64,000 nucleotides of DNA from a virus (Duplodnaviria; Caudoviricetes), in the IMG/VR virus record IMGVR_UViG_3300037483_000348, positions 1,943-65,942 of that record. One strand, given 5' to 3'. The notes beneath the pieces were generated by a model. It was not told the origin of the DNA and searched no databases. It saw only the letters and a program-made list of their open reading frames with translations. Numbering within the stretch: the first letter of the stretch is position 1; each line of letters begins with the position of its first letter. A program made the translations under genes and the position numbers. This document shows, piece by piece, positions 45,087 to 54,405 of the stretch.

Positions 45087-45973
45087 GCGCTCGGCCCCGC
45101 ATTGATGCCGGTGTGGCGAGTGACGATGTTGGCGCCGCCGTCGGCGCGGCGTGCGTTGTTCTGAGGAACGCGCAGCGGGTTGTGGTAGCCGTCGGGCAGG
45201 AAGGGCTGCAGATCGCGCTTGATGTAATGCGCCTTGCCGAGCGCCTGCAGCCGGTCGATGGCGCGCAAAGTGTAATCGCGCCAGTCGGTCGTGCGCGTGA
45301 TCTCTTTCAGGTAGTTGGCTCTCCCGACCTTGTAGAGATCAACGAATCCGTGCGTGGCCTCGATGATCGCGAGCGATGCTTCGATGTCCAGCGTCGGCTC
45401 CAAGCTGACCCATGTGAAGATGCCGCGCTCGTGAAAGGCTCGCAGGGCTGCGATCCGATCGCCAGGATCGGCAGCGCCACGCTCCCACTTCCGGGAGAAG
45501 CGATCATCGAGACTGGTAAGCGTCGAGGCGAACGCATCTCGATGCGGCCGGAAGCGATACATATCCGCGAGGGCGCGCGTGCCGCCTTTTGTCAGCGTGC
45601 AGAAAGCCAGATCGTGCGAGATCAGGACTTCGATTGTCTCGCTCGTCAGGCTGGTATCGCCGGGATGAAACGGATCGGTCGTGAAGCTGAGCATCACCTG
45701 CTCGCGGATTCCGGCGTCGTGATACTTCCGGGCATCGGACGTCAGTCGCTTCACGAAATCTGCGCGCGGCACCGCGCCTGCGTCGAACTCCGGTCGCGGC
45801 TGCTTCGTCACCAGCGGCACGTAGCAGTAGGCGCAGCCATGCCCGCAACCGCGATAGGGGTTCGCGGCGAGAGGCGCATACTCTCCCGCCTGGCCCTTCG
45901 GCGCATAGATGATCGAGCAGCCTTTGACGCTGACGCCATCAGGGTTGATCGTGATTCTGCGCGCATCAGCCAT
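45083..45973 (-). CDS. Radical SAM protein (SPL/Rv2578c-like)
   Basis: NPYRGCGHGCAYCY (CxxxCxxC), TTDPF, LTKG, VSLEP. Confidence 0.88.
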   Translation of the reverse strand: MADARRITINPDGVSVKGCSIIYAPKGQAGEYAPLAANPYRGCGHGCAYCYVPLVTKQPRPEFDAGAVPRADFVKRLTSDARKYHDAGIREQVMLSFTTDPFHPGDTSLTSETIEVLISHDLAFCTLTKGGTRALADMYRFRPHRDAFASTLTSLDDRFSRKWERGAADPGDRIAALRAFHERGIFTWVSLEPTLDIEASLAIIEATHGFVDLYKVGRANYLKEITRTTDWRDYTLRAIDRLQALGKAHYIKRDLQPFLPDGYHNPLRVPQNNARRADGGANIVTRHTGINAGPSA

Positions 45974-46196
45974 AGGTGATATCCACCGGCGCGATTTTCA
46001 CATTCCGCTCTTTGGAGAGCCGCGCGAAATGCTCTCGGATGGCGAAATCGCCCATGCCTTTCAGGACGAGAAAGCCGGCGTGAACAGCTAGCCAATTGAC
46101 CATCGCCGCGCTGTCAGTCGGACTGACGGTGTCGACGAGAATGCGTTCACCATCGACAACTGCTGCAAATCCCTTCGCCATTACGTCGCTCCCCAA
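45966..46196 (-). CDS. Hypothetical protein
   Basis: Coupled ORF. Confidence 0.45.
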   Translation of the reverse strand: MGSDVMAKGFAAVVDGERILVDTVSPTDSAAMVNWLAVHAGFLVLKGMGDFAIREHFARLSKERNVKIAPVDITYG

Positions 46197-46311
46197 TCGC
46201 CAGGGTCTTTCAGAAACCCGTCATCCGGTTTTTCGCGAAGCGCCAGCCACAGCGCGATGCCGGCGAGGATGGCGGCTCCAACGAGGAACCCGGATACGGC
46301 CCACAGCATGG

Positions 46312-46554
46312 TCATGCCATCCGCCTTCTGCTCTTGGCCTTGACGTGGATGCGCGGCTTCGGCCAGCCAAGCTCCTTGCGCATCTGCGCATGGAGGAGAT
46401 CCTGCTTCTGCTGGTGAATCTCACCCACGGCCTGCATGTTGCGATGATCGGTGACGAGGCGATCGAGATCGTCCAGCCGCTGATAGCGCGGATTGGCGCG
46501 GCGCAGTTTGCGCCGTCGCCACCATGAGGCCAATGCTTCGAGGAACGAGGTCAT
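46312..46554 (-). CDS. Small basic hypothetical protein
   Basis: Coupled ORF. Confidence 0.45.
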   Translation of the reverse strand: MTSFLEALASWWRRRKLRRANPRYQRLDDLDRLVTDHRNMQAVGEIHQQKQDLLHAQMRKELGWPKPRIHVKAKSRRRMA

Positions 46555-46555
46555 C

Positions 46556-46948
46556 TCACTCGTCTTTCGTCAGCACAGAAAGAGCGGCCTCGCTGGACTC
46601 GACCAGGCGTTTCGCCGCGCTGATGTCGGCCGCGGCTCTTTCCTTTTCGCCGGCGATGCGCTCGCTCAATAGAGCCGTGTCCTCCTCGAACTGCTTCTTG
46701 AGCGCCTTCTTGTCCGCTTCCAGTCCTGAGACCTCGGCCTTCGAGCGCTTGCGAATGTCGGCTATGATCTGCCGGTGCTTCGCGATGGCGCGGCGGTGAA
46801 TACCGGCCACGCTCTCGAGCTCCGCGCCGATATCGGCGCGATCCTCCAGCCTGAGCGGCGTCACGTTGTCGTGGAGCCGGCGATCGAGATCGCGGGCGAG
46901 ATCGCGCTCCATGGCGTCGACTGTTTTCATGGCTTGTGCGGTGCTCAT
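46556..46948 (-). CDS. Coiled-coil protein downstream of SOS box (antirepressor candidate)
   Basis: GGAAAGGA RBS, ATG at 46948. Confidence 0.6.
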   Translation of the reverse strand: MSTAQAMKTVDAMERDLARDLDRRLHDNVTPLRLEDRADIGAELESVAGIHRRAIAKHRQIIADIRKRSKAEVSGLEADKKALKKQFEEDTALLSERIAGEKERAAADISAAKRLVESSEAALSVLTKDE

Positions 46949-46994
46949 TGTTTCGTCCTTTCCAGGAGATATCCTTTGACGAGGGACTCGGGTC

Positions 46995-47009
46995 GAACAC
47001 GTACTGAAC
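46995..47009 (-). promoter_or_regulatory. Alphaproteobacterial LexA box GTTC-N7-GTTC
   Basis: GTTCAGTACGTGTTC on minus strand, intergenic. Confidence 0.6.
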
Positions 47010-47027
47010 GCTGATTTCTGGCGGCGA

Positions 47028-47525
47028 TCACGAAAACACTCTCCCGCTGATGCCGTAGTTGCGCGGTCCGGATTTCGCCGGCTGAGGCTTGTTGTTCGCA
47101 CGCCACCAATCCCTGACGATCGCAGGCGTCATGTCCTTCATGGCCCGTTCCAGCAATGCGAGCTTGCGCAGATCGGCCTGATTGCTCATGTGGCACTCGG
47201 GCTCGGGAAGCTGGGTGACGTGGGCGAGGTAGTAATAGGCGCGATTGCGCATTGCCTTGCGGATACGCCGAACGGCGGTGTCGTGCGCTTCGGTGCCTTC
47301 CGGCTCCTCGATGCGGTAGAGCGATTCCGCGTTCTTCCAGATCGGATCGAACAGGGCGTGGCAGCGCTGGCGCGCGTCGTGGACTTCCTGGGAGACGAGC
47401 GGCTTGCCATCCCAGCTATGGAGGCCACAGCACTGGTGGCGGTAGCCGTAGCGCGTCTCGCGGGTCATGGCCGGGTGCAAGCAACGCGGGCAGCGGGGTG
47501 GCTCGGGAACGATGCGGGTCGTCAC
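47028..47525 (-). CDS. Zinc-finger protein (DUF3268-like)
   Basis: CPRC...HQCCGLHSW...ARQRCHALFDPIW. Confidence 0.65.
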   Translation of the reverse strand: MTTRIVPEPPRCPRCLHPAMTRETRYGYRHQCCGLHSWDGKPLVSQEVHDARQRCHALFDPIWKNAESLYRIEEPEGTEAHDTAVRRIRKAMRNRAYYYLAHVTQLPEPECHMSNQADLRKLALLERAMKDMTPAIVRDWWRANNKPQPAKSGPRNYGISGRVFS

Positions 47526-47869
47526 GTCTCACGTCCTTCCGGTTCAGGCGGCTCGACGCTGAACACCACGCGCGCGCCAAGGACTTCGGAGAGAACATTT
47601 TCCGCCGCCTCGATATCGAAATTGAGCGGCTCCTGCGGCATCTCGCCGACCTTGATCGTTGCGGTTAGCTGCGGCCGGACGAACAGTGATTTTGGAAGCT
47701 CCACCGAACACTTCATGGCGCGTTCGTCGGTTCCCATAGCTGGCGGATTTTTCGATATGTTCGGAGTAGTGCCGTCGCTGCAAAAGCGCAGCCAAAACGA
47801 GTATTTGATCGTGTCGTTCATGTTCGATTTCCTGTCCTGCGGATCGATGATGAGGTCTTTCAAACTCAT
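47522..47869 (-). CDS. Hypothetical protein
   Basis: Coupled ORF. Confidence 0.55.
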   Translation of the reverse strand: MSLKDLIIDPQDRKSNMNDTIKYSFWLRFCSDGTTPNISKNPPAMGTDERAMKCSVELPKSLFVRPQLTATIKVGEMPQEPLNFDIEAAENVLSEVLGARVVFSVEPPEPEGRET

Positions 47870-48279
47870 GTCCCGAACCTCCGCTTGCCCTTCTGCATCG
47901 GTCGGGACGGGATCTTGCGCTTGCGCTTTCCCTGCCCGGTGACGCCGGTGAGGCGGTCCAGCTTGGCGATGGCGTGTTTGTCGGAGCCGTAGGTCGTTGC
48001 CTTGCGCCCGTTGGTTTTGACGGCATGGCAGGATTTGTGGACGGCCTGCAGGTTCTCAACGGTATCGGGCCCACCAATGCCTAGAGCGAGGGCGTGGTCA
48101 TAATGGAGATCATCGAGCGCGCCGAGCTTCTCGCCGCAAAGCGGGCAGCGCGCCTGAGAAACCATGACCTTCAACTTGTCGAGCGTGGTGAGCTTGCGGC
48201 GGGTCGGCTTCTGCTTCCCCTCGCTCCCGGTGTTCTTCGCCCTCCGGTCGGGCAGTGTGGCGATCCTCGCTGCCATCAC
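47866..48279 (-). CDS. HNH endonuclease
   Basis: CPLC...YDHALALGIGGPDTVENLQAVHKSCH. Confidence 0.85.
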   Translation of the reverse strand: MMAARIATLPDRRAKNTGSEGKQKPTRRKLTTLDKLKVMVSQARCPLCGEKLGALDDLHYDHALALGIGGPDTVENLQAVHKSCHAVKTNGRKATTYGSDKHAIAKLDRLTGVTGQGKRKRKIPSRPMQKGKRRFGT

Positions 48280-49046
48280 TGCCCGACCTCCTGGCGGTCC
48301 GCCGGCTCTGGGAACGCATTTGAGGGAATGGGCTCGGGTTCATATGCGCGGACGCGCTCGACCAGTTCGGCCAGCTCCTCGTTGAAGATGCGAACAGCCG
48401 TGGCGATCGAAGCGATGTAAACTTCGTCGCGATAGACCCGCTTGATGAGCGGAGGCAGCTTCGGGCAGAAGGACATGAAGTCCCACCATTCCCGCTCACA
48501 AAGCCAAAGACCGCCTTGAACCTGGGCTTTGTGCTCGGACGGCAAGGCATTCTTGAACAGCCGCTCAATCTGGATATGCGCGAGCGCGGACTTGATCTCC
48601 AGACCGCCGTTGTTCCCGATCAGCGAGTCCGGACTGCATCCCGCATCTCCGCTCCGGACGAAGCCGACGAGTTGCGGCGCTGTATCGGTGTGGAAGGCGT
48701 AGAGACGCCTGGCATCGGCCTCTTGCTCGCTGCCGCGATCCATGTGAGCGTTGGAATACGTCTCGCTCAACTCGCCCGTCAGAATTTCGCCCGCCAACTC
48801 GCGCATGTACTTCGCGCGGGTTAGTGCCGGGTTGGCATTCTTGCTCTTTGCGGCTTTCACAGCGGCTGCGAGTTGCGCGGGAGAGCACCCAGACTTTACC
48901 AGAGCGTCGATCATCGCATTCGGCATTGTGCCGTCCGCCCGACCTTCGGACATTACGATCGAAAACTGCGATGCCGTGGGCAGTCCGCGCCGGCACTCAA
49001 ACCATTCAGGTGTGCCCTGCTCAACGTCGAATATCTCGATGCCCAT
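48276..49046 (-). CDS. YqaJ-like viral recombinase exonuclease
   Basis: QGTPEW...PTASQF, CSPDSLI, GLEIKS, QVQGGLW. Confidence 0.92.
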   Translation of the reverse strand: MGIEIFDVEQGTPEWFECRRGLPTASQFSIVMSEGRADGTMPNAMIDALVKSGCSPAQLAAAVKAAKSKNANPALTRAKYMRELAGEILTGELSETYSNAHMDRGSEQEADARRLYAFHTDTAPQLVGFVRSGDAGCSPDSLIGNNGGLEIKSALAHIQIERLFKNALPSEHKAQVQGGLWLCEREWWDFMSFCPKLPPLIKRVYRDEVYIASIATAVRIFNEELAELVERVRAYEPEPIPSNAFPEPADRQEVGQ

Positions 49047-49858
49047 CAGTTCTGGCCTCCGGCGCCTTGCCGCTGATTGCGTTGGCCGTATGCGCGGAGA
49101 TTCTGCACCGCGTCATCGAACAGATGCGCCGGGAGCTCGGGAACGGCGTTGATCTCATAGACCTCGCAGAACTTATCGGTGTAGGCGCCGACTTCCTCGA
49201 TGATTCCGAGGATTGCCTTGACCTGCTCGGCGCTAATCGGCCCGTCGTCCTTGACGCGATTGCCATCACGGTCATCGCCGGTCGAGATGTTGAACAACAT
49301 GCAGAGCAAGTAGCGCCGGCCATAGGTGGCCGTGCTGCCGAAGGCCTGTGTTCCGGTCTTGTTGACCTTGCCCTGGGAACCGGCTCCATCGACGGGAATC
49401 TCACCAACGCCGTTGCGGACGTGGCCTTCCGCGTGAGAGATTTCCCAAAGGATGCGAAGCTCGCCCTGTTCGTTGTAGCCGTCGGGCTGGAATGACACCG
49501 CGAAGCCGTGCTGATGGATAATCGGCATGGCCTGTTCTTCGATCGCCGCCAGATCGGCGTAGGTCGATTTGGTGTGCGTGTTGCTCCGGTTCTTGGTGAC
49601 AACCGGAAGCTCGGCCTGACATTTCGACATGGCCGCGAAATAGGCCCGCTTGGCGGCAAACTCGGCATCCTCCCGATCGCGCCGCCGCTGGTTCTCGACT
49701 TCCTCGTTGCGGAGCTGGAGCATCCGCTCCAGCTTGTCGACGGAAGCCTGCGGATCGAGAACCACCCGCTCGATCATCTGAATGAACGGATCGGGCCGGT
49801 CGGCATCCATGCGGTCCACGGAACCGCTTTCCTTGCGAATATCGACTGCGGTGTTCAT
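49046..49858 (-). CDS. erf: ERF-family ssDNA annealing protein
   Basis: YADLAAI, QAFGSTATYGRRYLL, DDRDG. Confidence 0.9.
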   Translation of the reverse strand: MNTAVDIRKESGSVDRMDADRPDPFIQMIERVVLDPQASVDKLERMLQLRNEEVENQRRRDREDAEFAAKRAYFAAMSKCQAELPVVTKNRSNTHTKSTYADLAAIEEQAMPIIHQHGFAVSFQPDGYNEQGELRILWEISHAEGHVRNGVGEIPVDGAGSQGKVNKTGTQAFGSTATYGRRYLLCMLFNISTGDDRDGNRVKDDGPISAEQVKAILGIIEEVGAYTDKFCEVYEINAVPELPAHLFDDAVQNLRAYGQRNQRQGAGGQN

Positions 49859-49861
49859 CGA

Positions 49862-50905
49862 TCAGAACCTCATTGAGACGTTGGGGATTTCGCCGGCCAC
49901 GATCGCCAGCACGATTTTCTTGGCCGTCGCCTCTCCCGCACCCTGGGCCATGAGGGCTTCCTTCGCTTCGGCCATGATGCGTCCGCGATGCTCGCGATCG
50001 GCGGCGCGGGCCTCCTCCTCGCGGCGGGTGCGTTCTTCGGCTTCCTGCCGTTCGCGATCGCGCCGGTTGGCCTCATCGATCGCCGCCTGCTTTTCCCGCT
50101 CAGCCTTCGCGAGGGCTTCGCTCGCCTTGCGCTCCTCCTCCTCGCGGATGCGCTGGGCTGTTTCTTCCTCGCGCCGTTTGGCTTCCGCGGCTTCCTGCTC
50201 GCGGCGTTCCTTTTCCACGCGCTCGCGCTCGGCTGCTTCGGCTGCCTTCTGCTCGGCCTCGCGGCGCTCGATCTCCTCGCGGTCGCGCCTTTCCTTCTCT
50301 GCGCGAAGTTCTTCAAGCTCGCGCTTGTCAGCTTCCGCCTTCTGGTGCGCCTCGAACGCGGTCCTTACCTTGTCGAGCGCGATCTTGTGCGCCACGCGCG
50401 CCTGATCCTCGAACTCGCCTAGCTCCGACGTGATGACGATCTTTTCTTCAAGCTCGCGGAGCAGGACGCCGAAGGGCTGAGGCTCGCCGCCGATGAAGCC
50501 GCTGCCGCAATCCTCGATCGCTTTCAGGATCGACTTGCAGTATTCGATGCGGGCTTCTTCCTGCTTTTCCCATGCCGTCAGCGGGCGCCGGGCTTCCTCG
50601 GCCAGTTCATCCAGATCATCGCGAACCCGGCGTCGACGGGCGTCGACCGCGTTGATCTTGGCCCGCGCCTCCTCGTTGAGTTGCTTGCCGGCCGCGTCGA
50701 TGGCGGTTTTGCGGCGCGTCATCTTGTAGGCCAGGGAGCCGATTTCCTTGCGGCTCGTGGCCGTCGAGAGATCGGGCTCGAACGCTGCGATCTCGGCTTT
50801 CATGCGCTCGTAGAATTGAGCGTACAAATCGTCATCGACCAGCAATGCTGCTGCGTTCGTCTCGATTATCGTGTCGAAATCCTTGACATCAGCGTGGACG
50901 TTCAT
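49862..50905 (-). CDS. Long coiled-coil phage protein, first gene of early-left operon
   Basis: PDLSTATSRKEIGSLAYK; E/R/A-rich tail. Confidence 0.75.
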   Translation of the reverse strand: MNVHADVKDFDTIIETNAAALLVDDDLYAQFYERMKAEIAAFEPDLSTATSRKEIGSLAYKMTRRKTAIDAAGKQLNEEARAKINAVDARRRRVRDDLDELAEEARRPLTAWEKQEEARIEYCKSILKAIEDCGSGFIGGEPQPFGVLLRELEEKIVITSELGEFEDQARVAHKIALDKVRTAFEAHQKAEADKRELEELRAEKERRDREEIERREAEQKAAEAAERERVEKERREQEAAEAKRREEETAQRIREEEERKASEALAKAEREKQAAIDEANRRDRERQEAEERTRREEEARAADREHRGRIMAEAKEALMAQGAGEATAKKIVLAIVAGEIPNVSMRF

Positions 50906-50951
50906 CCGTTCCTCACTATCGTTTCACGTGAAACCGTTTCGGGCCGCAAAA

Positions 50952-50966
50952 TAGCCATTCTGGCAC
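50952..50966. promoter_or_regulatory. Operator copy TAGCCA TTC TGGCAC
   Basis: Upstream of early-left operon. Confidence 0.6.
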
Positions 50967-51151
50967 TATCGAGACCACGAAAAATCCTGAAATTGCCGGC
51001 CCGTCCGCCGCGGGCGGGGTTGCCTGGGGTAAGGCGTGCAGCGGACAGGGCCAGCAGCGCAGATACGCGATACATTGGACTTGGCGACGATTGCCCGGGG
51101 GACGGGAGGGGAACTGAAATCATCGGTCTGTCCTTCTGCGCATCATCAAGA

Positions 51152-51166
51152 TAACCAATATGGCTA
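51152..51166. promoter_or_regulatory. Operator copy TAACCA ATA TGGCTA
   Basis: Intergenic, between cI end and early-left operon. Confidence 0.6.
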
Positions 51167-51215
51167 CTTGTGGCAAGAAGAAACCTTACCGAGCGGCAAT
51201 GTGCACAGGGAAATT

Positions 51216-51809
51216 TCAGATAGCCGAGATTCGGAGCTTGGCGCGGCCGATGACGGTGAGCGAATCCGCCTTCACCACCTCGTCCTCGACCGCCGGATCG
51301 TCGCTGGTGACGCGAATCATTCCGGTTGTCATGACCGACAATCGTCGCCATTGCGGTTCGCCCTGGATATTCACGGCATAGATGCCGGGGCGCCTGGCCT
51401 CGTTGTCGTCGAGATCGACGATCAGCGCGTCGCCGCGCTTGGTGTGCGAGGATACGTCGTCGCTGTCGACGAACATGACCTGCAGGCGGTGCAGCCTGGC
51501 TGACGGCACCATGCGCTGGAACAGCGAGTGGGAGATCGACAGGAGCGGCGTGGAATCGGCGCCGCCATCTTCCAGCAAGTCATAGATCGCGCTGTATTTT
51601 TCGGTGTCGACCAGCGCGGCGTCGGGAAACATCAGCTCCTGCGGCGTGCAATTGAGGACCGGCGCCAGCATGTTCGCCCATTTGCGCGACAGCTTGCGCC
51701 TGTTGTTTTCCATCCGGCCGAGCTGCTGCGGCGAGATCCCGGCCCTGCGCGCCAGTTCGGCCTTGGTCAGACCGGCCCGTTCCCGGTAAAGCGTGATGCC
51801 GTTTCTCAT
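51216..51809 (-). CDS. cI: CI-like repressor (XRE HTH plus degenerate S24 domain)
   Basis: RERAGLTKAELARRAGISPQQLGRMENN; RGDALIVD; divergent from cro. Confidence 0.85.
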   Translation of the reverse strand: MRNGITLYRERAGLTKAELARRAGISPQQLGRMENNRRKLSRKWANMLAPVLNCTPQELMFPDAALVDTEKYSAIYDLLEDGGADSTPLLSISHSLFQRMVPSARLHRLQVMFVDSDDVSSHTKRGDALIVDLDDNEARRPGIYAVNIQGEPQWRRLSVMTTGMIRVTSDDPAVEDEVVKADSLTVIGRAKLRISAI

Positions 51810-51903
51810 GTTTTGCGGGATAGCGCAGAATCCACTGTGGGAGAACTCGTCCGAACTGGTTATCATCCTTGACTTGGAACCAATCCGGTGACATTCGGGA
51901 TAC

Positions 51904-52149
51904 ATGGAGATTGATGAACGTCACGAACTTACGATCTGGATCGCGGAGAACCTTGCCGGCGATGCGAAGGAATTCGCGCGCCGCATCGATGCGACCTACC
52001 AGTCGGTCTGCCGCTATCAGCGCGGGCGGATGCCGCGGCAACCGTTCCTCGATCGCATCGTCATCGTGACCGGCGGAGCCGTGACGGCGGACGCATGGCT
52101 TGGCAAGGAGGCTGCGGATGTTGTCGCTCGCCGCGATCTCGCGGCTTGA
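51904..52149 (+). CDS. cro: Cro-like HTH protein
   Basis: FARRIDATYQSVCRY...IVIVTGGAVTADAW. Confidence 0.75.
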   Translation: MEIDERHELTIWIAENLAGDAKEFARRIDATYQSVCRYQRGRMPRQPFLDRIVIVTGGAVTADAWLGKEAADVVARRDLAA

Positions 52150-52374
52150 CGCGGGCCACGCAGAACCCTTTTGCCCGCATGTCGCGCTTGGCGATGCGCG
52201 CGGCGATACGTTCGACCACTTCACCTATCGGTTCCCAACCGTTTTCGTCGTCGACCATCCGCAGCCTCCTGTGCCGGCTGTGAAGATGGCGGAAAATCCA
52301 TGGCGAGTGCGCCCGGAGTTATTGTTCACGTCCGAACAGTCATCGTTCCTGTCCTTGTATTGCGTGAGGGAAAG

Positions 52375-52623
52375 ATGCAGCAGAAACAGCTTGCAAAAAG
52401 ACTACAAGACGCCGCGATGGAGGCGGCGGGGCCGATCCGCCCCGGCATGTCCATACAGGCCCAGATCAATTCGGCCTGCGACAATCTCGGCTATCCGAGA
52501 GGCCACTGGCGTGTCGTGGCGGCGTGGTACGGAAGCGGAGGATCGTGGCAGGCCACGGCCGCGTTCGACTTCCTCGACCGGCTGGAGAAATACCGCGGCA
52601 GGGCGTCCGAACGCGCGGCATGA
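52375..52623 (+). CDS. Possible CII-like regulator
   Basis: GAGGG RBS; position after cro. Confidence 0.45.
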   Translation: MQQKQLAKRLQDAAMEAAGPIRPGMSIQAQINSACDNLGYPRGHWRVVAAWYGSGGSWQATAAFDFLDRLEKYRGRASERAA

Positions 52624-52773
52624 CAGCGATTATATTCACACTCGCTTAACCAGCAATCGGAACTTTTCTGTTAACATTTGGCCGCGCGGGTCGATCCGCG
52701 CGGCCGGGTTTCCGATGGTGGTCGCATTGGGGCCACAACACGAACTGCGATCAGCGCAGTCGGGGGGCATCCA

Positions 52774-52995
52774 ATGAACCGGACGGAAATCACCGCCCAG
52801 GCCAGGCGGTACGCCGCCGACCTTTTCGAGGCTCGGGAATTATCCGACAACCAAGCCGCCGAACGTGTTGCGATCTCCATGATCGTGGCGGCATTGGGCT
52901 TCATCGAGCATCAGAGTGGACCAGAAAGAGTGCGTCGAGTCGTCGGCGCCGCGATGCAGATCGCGGCTTCCGATCGGGCGAGCATCAAACACTAG
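52774..52995 (+). CDS. Hypothetical protein
   Basis: RBS, position. Confidence 0.45.
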   Translation: MNRTEITAQARRYAADLFEARELSDNQAAERVAISMIVAALGFIEHQSGPERVRRVVGAAMQIAASDRASIKH

Positions 52996-53127
52996 CCGGC
53001 GCCTGTCGTGTATTGAGTAGGGGCTGCCGTCCAACCCGGGGATGGGTGGGCGACGCATGAATATCGAGGAATGGACGGCGGTCTCGGGGCGCAACAGCCT
53101 CGCGACGGGTGAAACGGGAGGGTTCGC

Positions 53128-53955
53128 ATGAGCCGCCCGTGGATGCCCTTCTATGTCGCCGACTATCTCGCCGACACCGGTCATCTGACCACGATTGAGC
53201 ATGGCGCATACATGCTTTTGATCATGCACTATTGGCAAAAGGGCGGTCTCCCCGACGACGACAAGCGCTTGGCTAGCATTGCTAGAGCTACGCCAGAGCA
53301 ATGGGCTGACATGCGTGAAGCGGTGGCGGAGTTTTTCGAGCCGGGCTGGAAACACCCAAGAATCGAGGACGAACTCGAAAAGTCCACGAAAGCCTACGAA
53401 AGGCGGGCTGCGGCGGGACGGGCCGGTGGCAAAGCTAAAGCTCACAACCAACAAAGCTCTAGCAATGCTAGTAGCAATGCTAAAGCCCCGCTCTACCATC
53501 CACAATCACATACTAAGATAGAAAAAGAAGCACCTAACGGTGCTTCCAAAAAGCGCGGGACACGGCTCCCCGACGATATCGAACCGGACATACAGGCGGC
53601 GCTATCCGAGGGCCTTTCCGAAGCCGAAGCGCGACGGGAGATCGCAAAGTTCCGCGACTATTGGCGGAGCATTCCCGGCCAGAAGGGCGTCAAGCTCGAT
53701 TGGCCCGCGACGTGGCGCAATTGGTGCCGCAAGGCCGCTGACGACAGACGCCCGCGCGGCGGCCACTCCCCACCGTCTCAAGCGCCCAGAAACGTCGGCG
53801 AACGCTCCTTTCTCAAACTTCAAGCGGAATACGAAAATGAACCTACCGACACAACATCAGGACATTTGGAAGCCGGCGACGGACGGCGAGAAACTGAGGG
53901 CGCTGTCCATGCTGGCCCCACTACCGGCGCGCCAGGCGCTTTCGGCCGAAATTGA
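53128..53955 (+). CDS. Replication initiator, YdaU/DUF1376 family
   Basis: PWMPFYVADYLADTGHLTTIEHGAYMLL; KLDWPATWRNW. Confidence 0.9.
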   Translation: MSRPWMPFYVADYLADTGHLTTIEHGAYMLLIMHYWQKGGLPDDDKRLASIARATPEQWADMREAVAEFFEPGWKHPRIEDELEKSTKAYERRAAAGRAGGKAKAHNQQSSSNASSNAKAPLYHPQSHTKIEKEAPNGASKKRGTRLPDDIEPDIQAALSEGLSEAEARREIAKFRDYWRSIPGQKGVKLDWPATWRNWCRKAADDRRPRGGHSPPSQAPRNVGERSFLKLQAEYENEPTDTTSGHLEAGDGRRETEGAVHAGPTTGAPGAFGRN

Positions 53956-54376
53956 AGATGCGACCTACGCCATCATCATGGAGGGAATGACCGCTTACGG
54001 GCTTGAGCGCGCCGTCCGGGCAGCGTTGCACGGCAAGCACGGCAGCAAGTTCTACCCTAACCCGCCCGAGTTTCGCGAACTCTACGACAAGGCGATGAAG
54101 CACCATGTCGATATGCGTGATCGTATCCATCGCCAAGAGCGGTGGCGCCGGGAACGCCCGCCAGAACTGCCCGCCAGAAGCGAAGCGGAGAAGCAGCGCC
54201 AGCGGGACAGAATGACCCGGTACTATCGCGGCTCGGGATACGACACCCAAGGCGATGAAGCGGATTTCCGCTCCCGCATGGAAGCCAAATACGGCAAGGA
54301 ATTGCTGGATAGCATTCCCGACAACCCGAACCCCTCGGCAGTGGCCGGTTTCGAACGTCCGCGCAAAATCATTTGA
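53837..54376 (+). CDS. Replication-associated protein (helicase loader-like)
   Basis: KFYPNPPEFRE motif; position after initiator. Confidence 0.55.
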   Translation: MNLPTQHQDIWKPATDGEKLRALSMLAPLPARQALSAEIEDATYAIIMEGMTAYGLERAVRAALHGKHGSKFYPNPPEFRELYDKAMKHHVDMRDRIHRQERWRRERPPELPARSEAEKQRQRDRMTRYYRGSGYDTQGDEADFRSRMEAKYGKELLDSIPDNPNPSAVAGFERPRKII

Positions 54377-54384
54377 CTAGGCTA

Positions 54385-54399
54385 TAACCATTTTGGCAC
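54385..54399. promoter_or_regulatory. Operator copy TAACCA TTT TGGCAC
   Basis: In 29-bp gap before late regulator candidate. Confidence 0.6.
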
Positions 54400-54405
54400 C
54401 AAGAG

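Noticed and set aside
51843-51856. GAAC-N6-GAAC in the cI-cro gap as a LexA box
   Set aside because: Spacing is 6, not the required 7
52334-52348. GAAC-N7-GTTC upstream of the CII-like gene
   Set aside because: Inverted rather than direct repeat; matches neither the alphaproteobacterial (direct, N7) nor the Gram-positive (N4) SOS box
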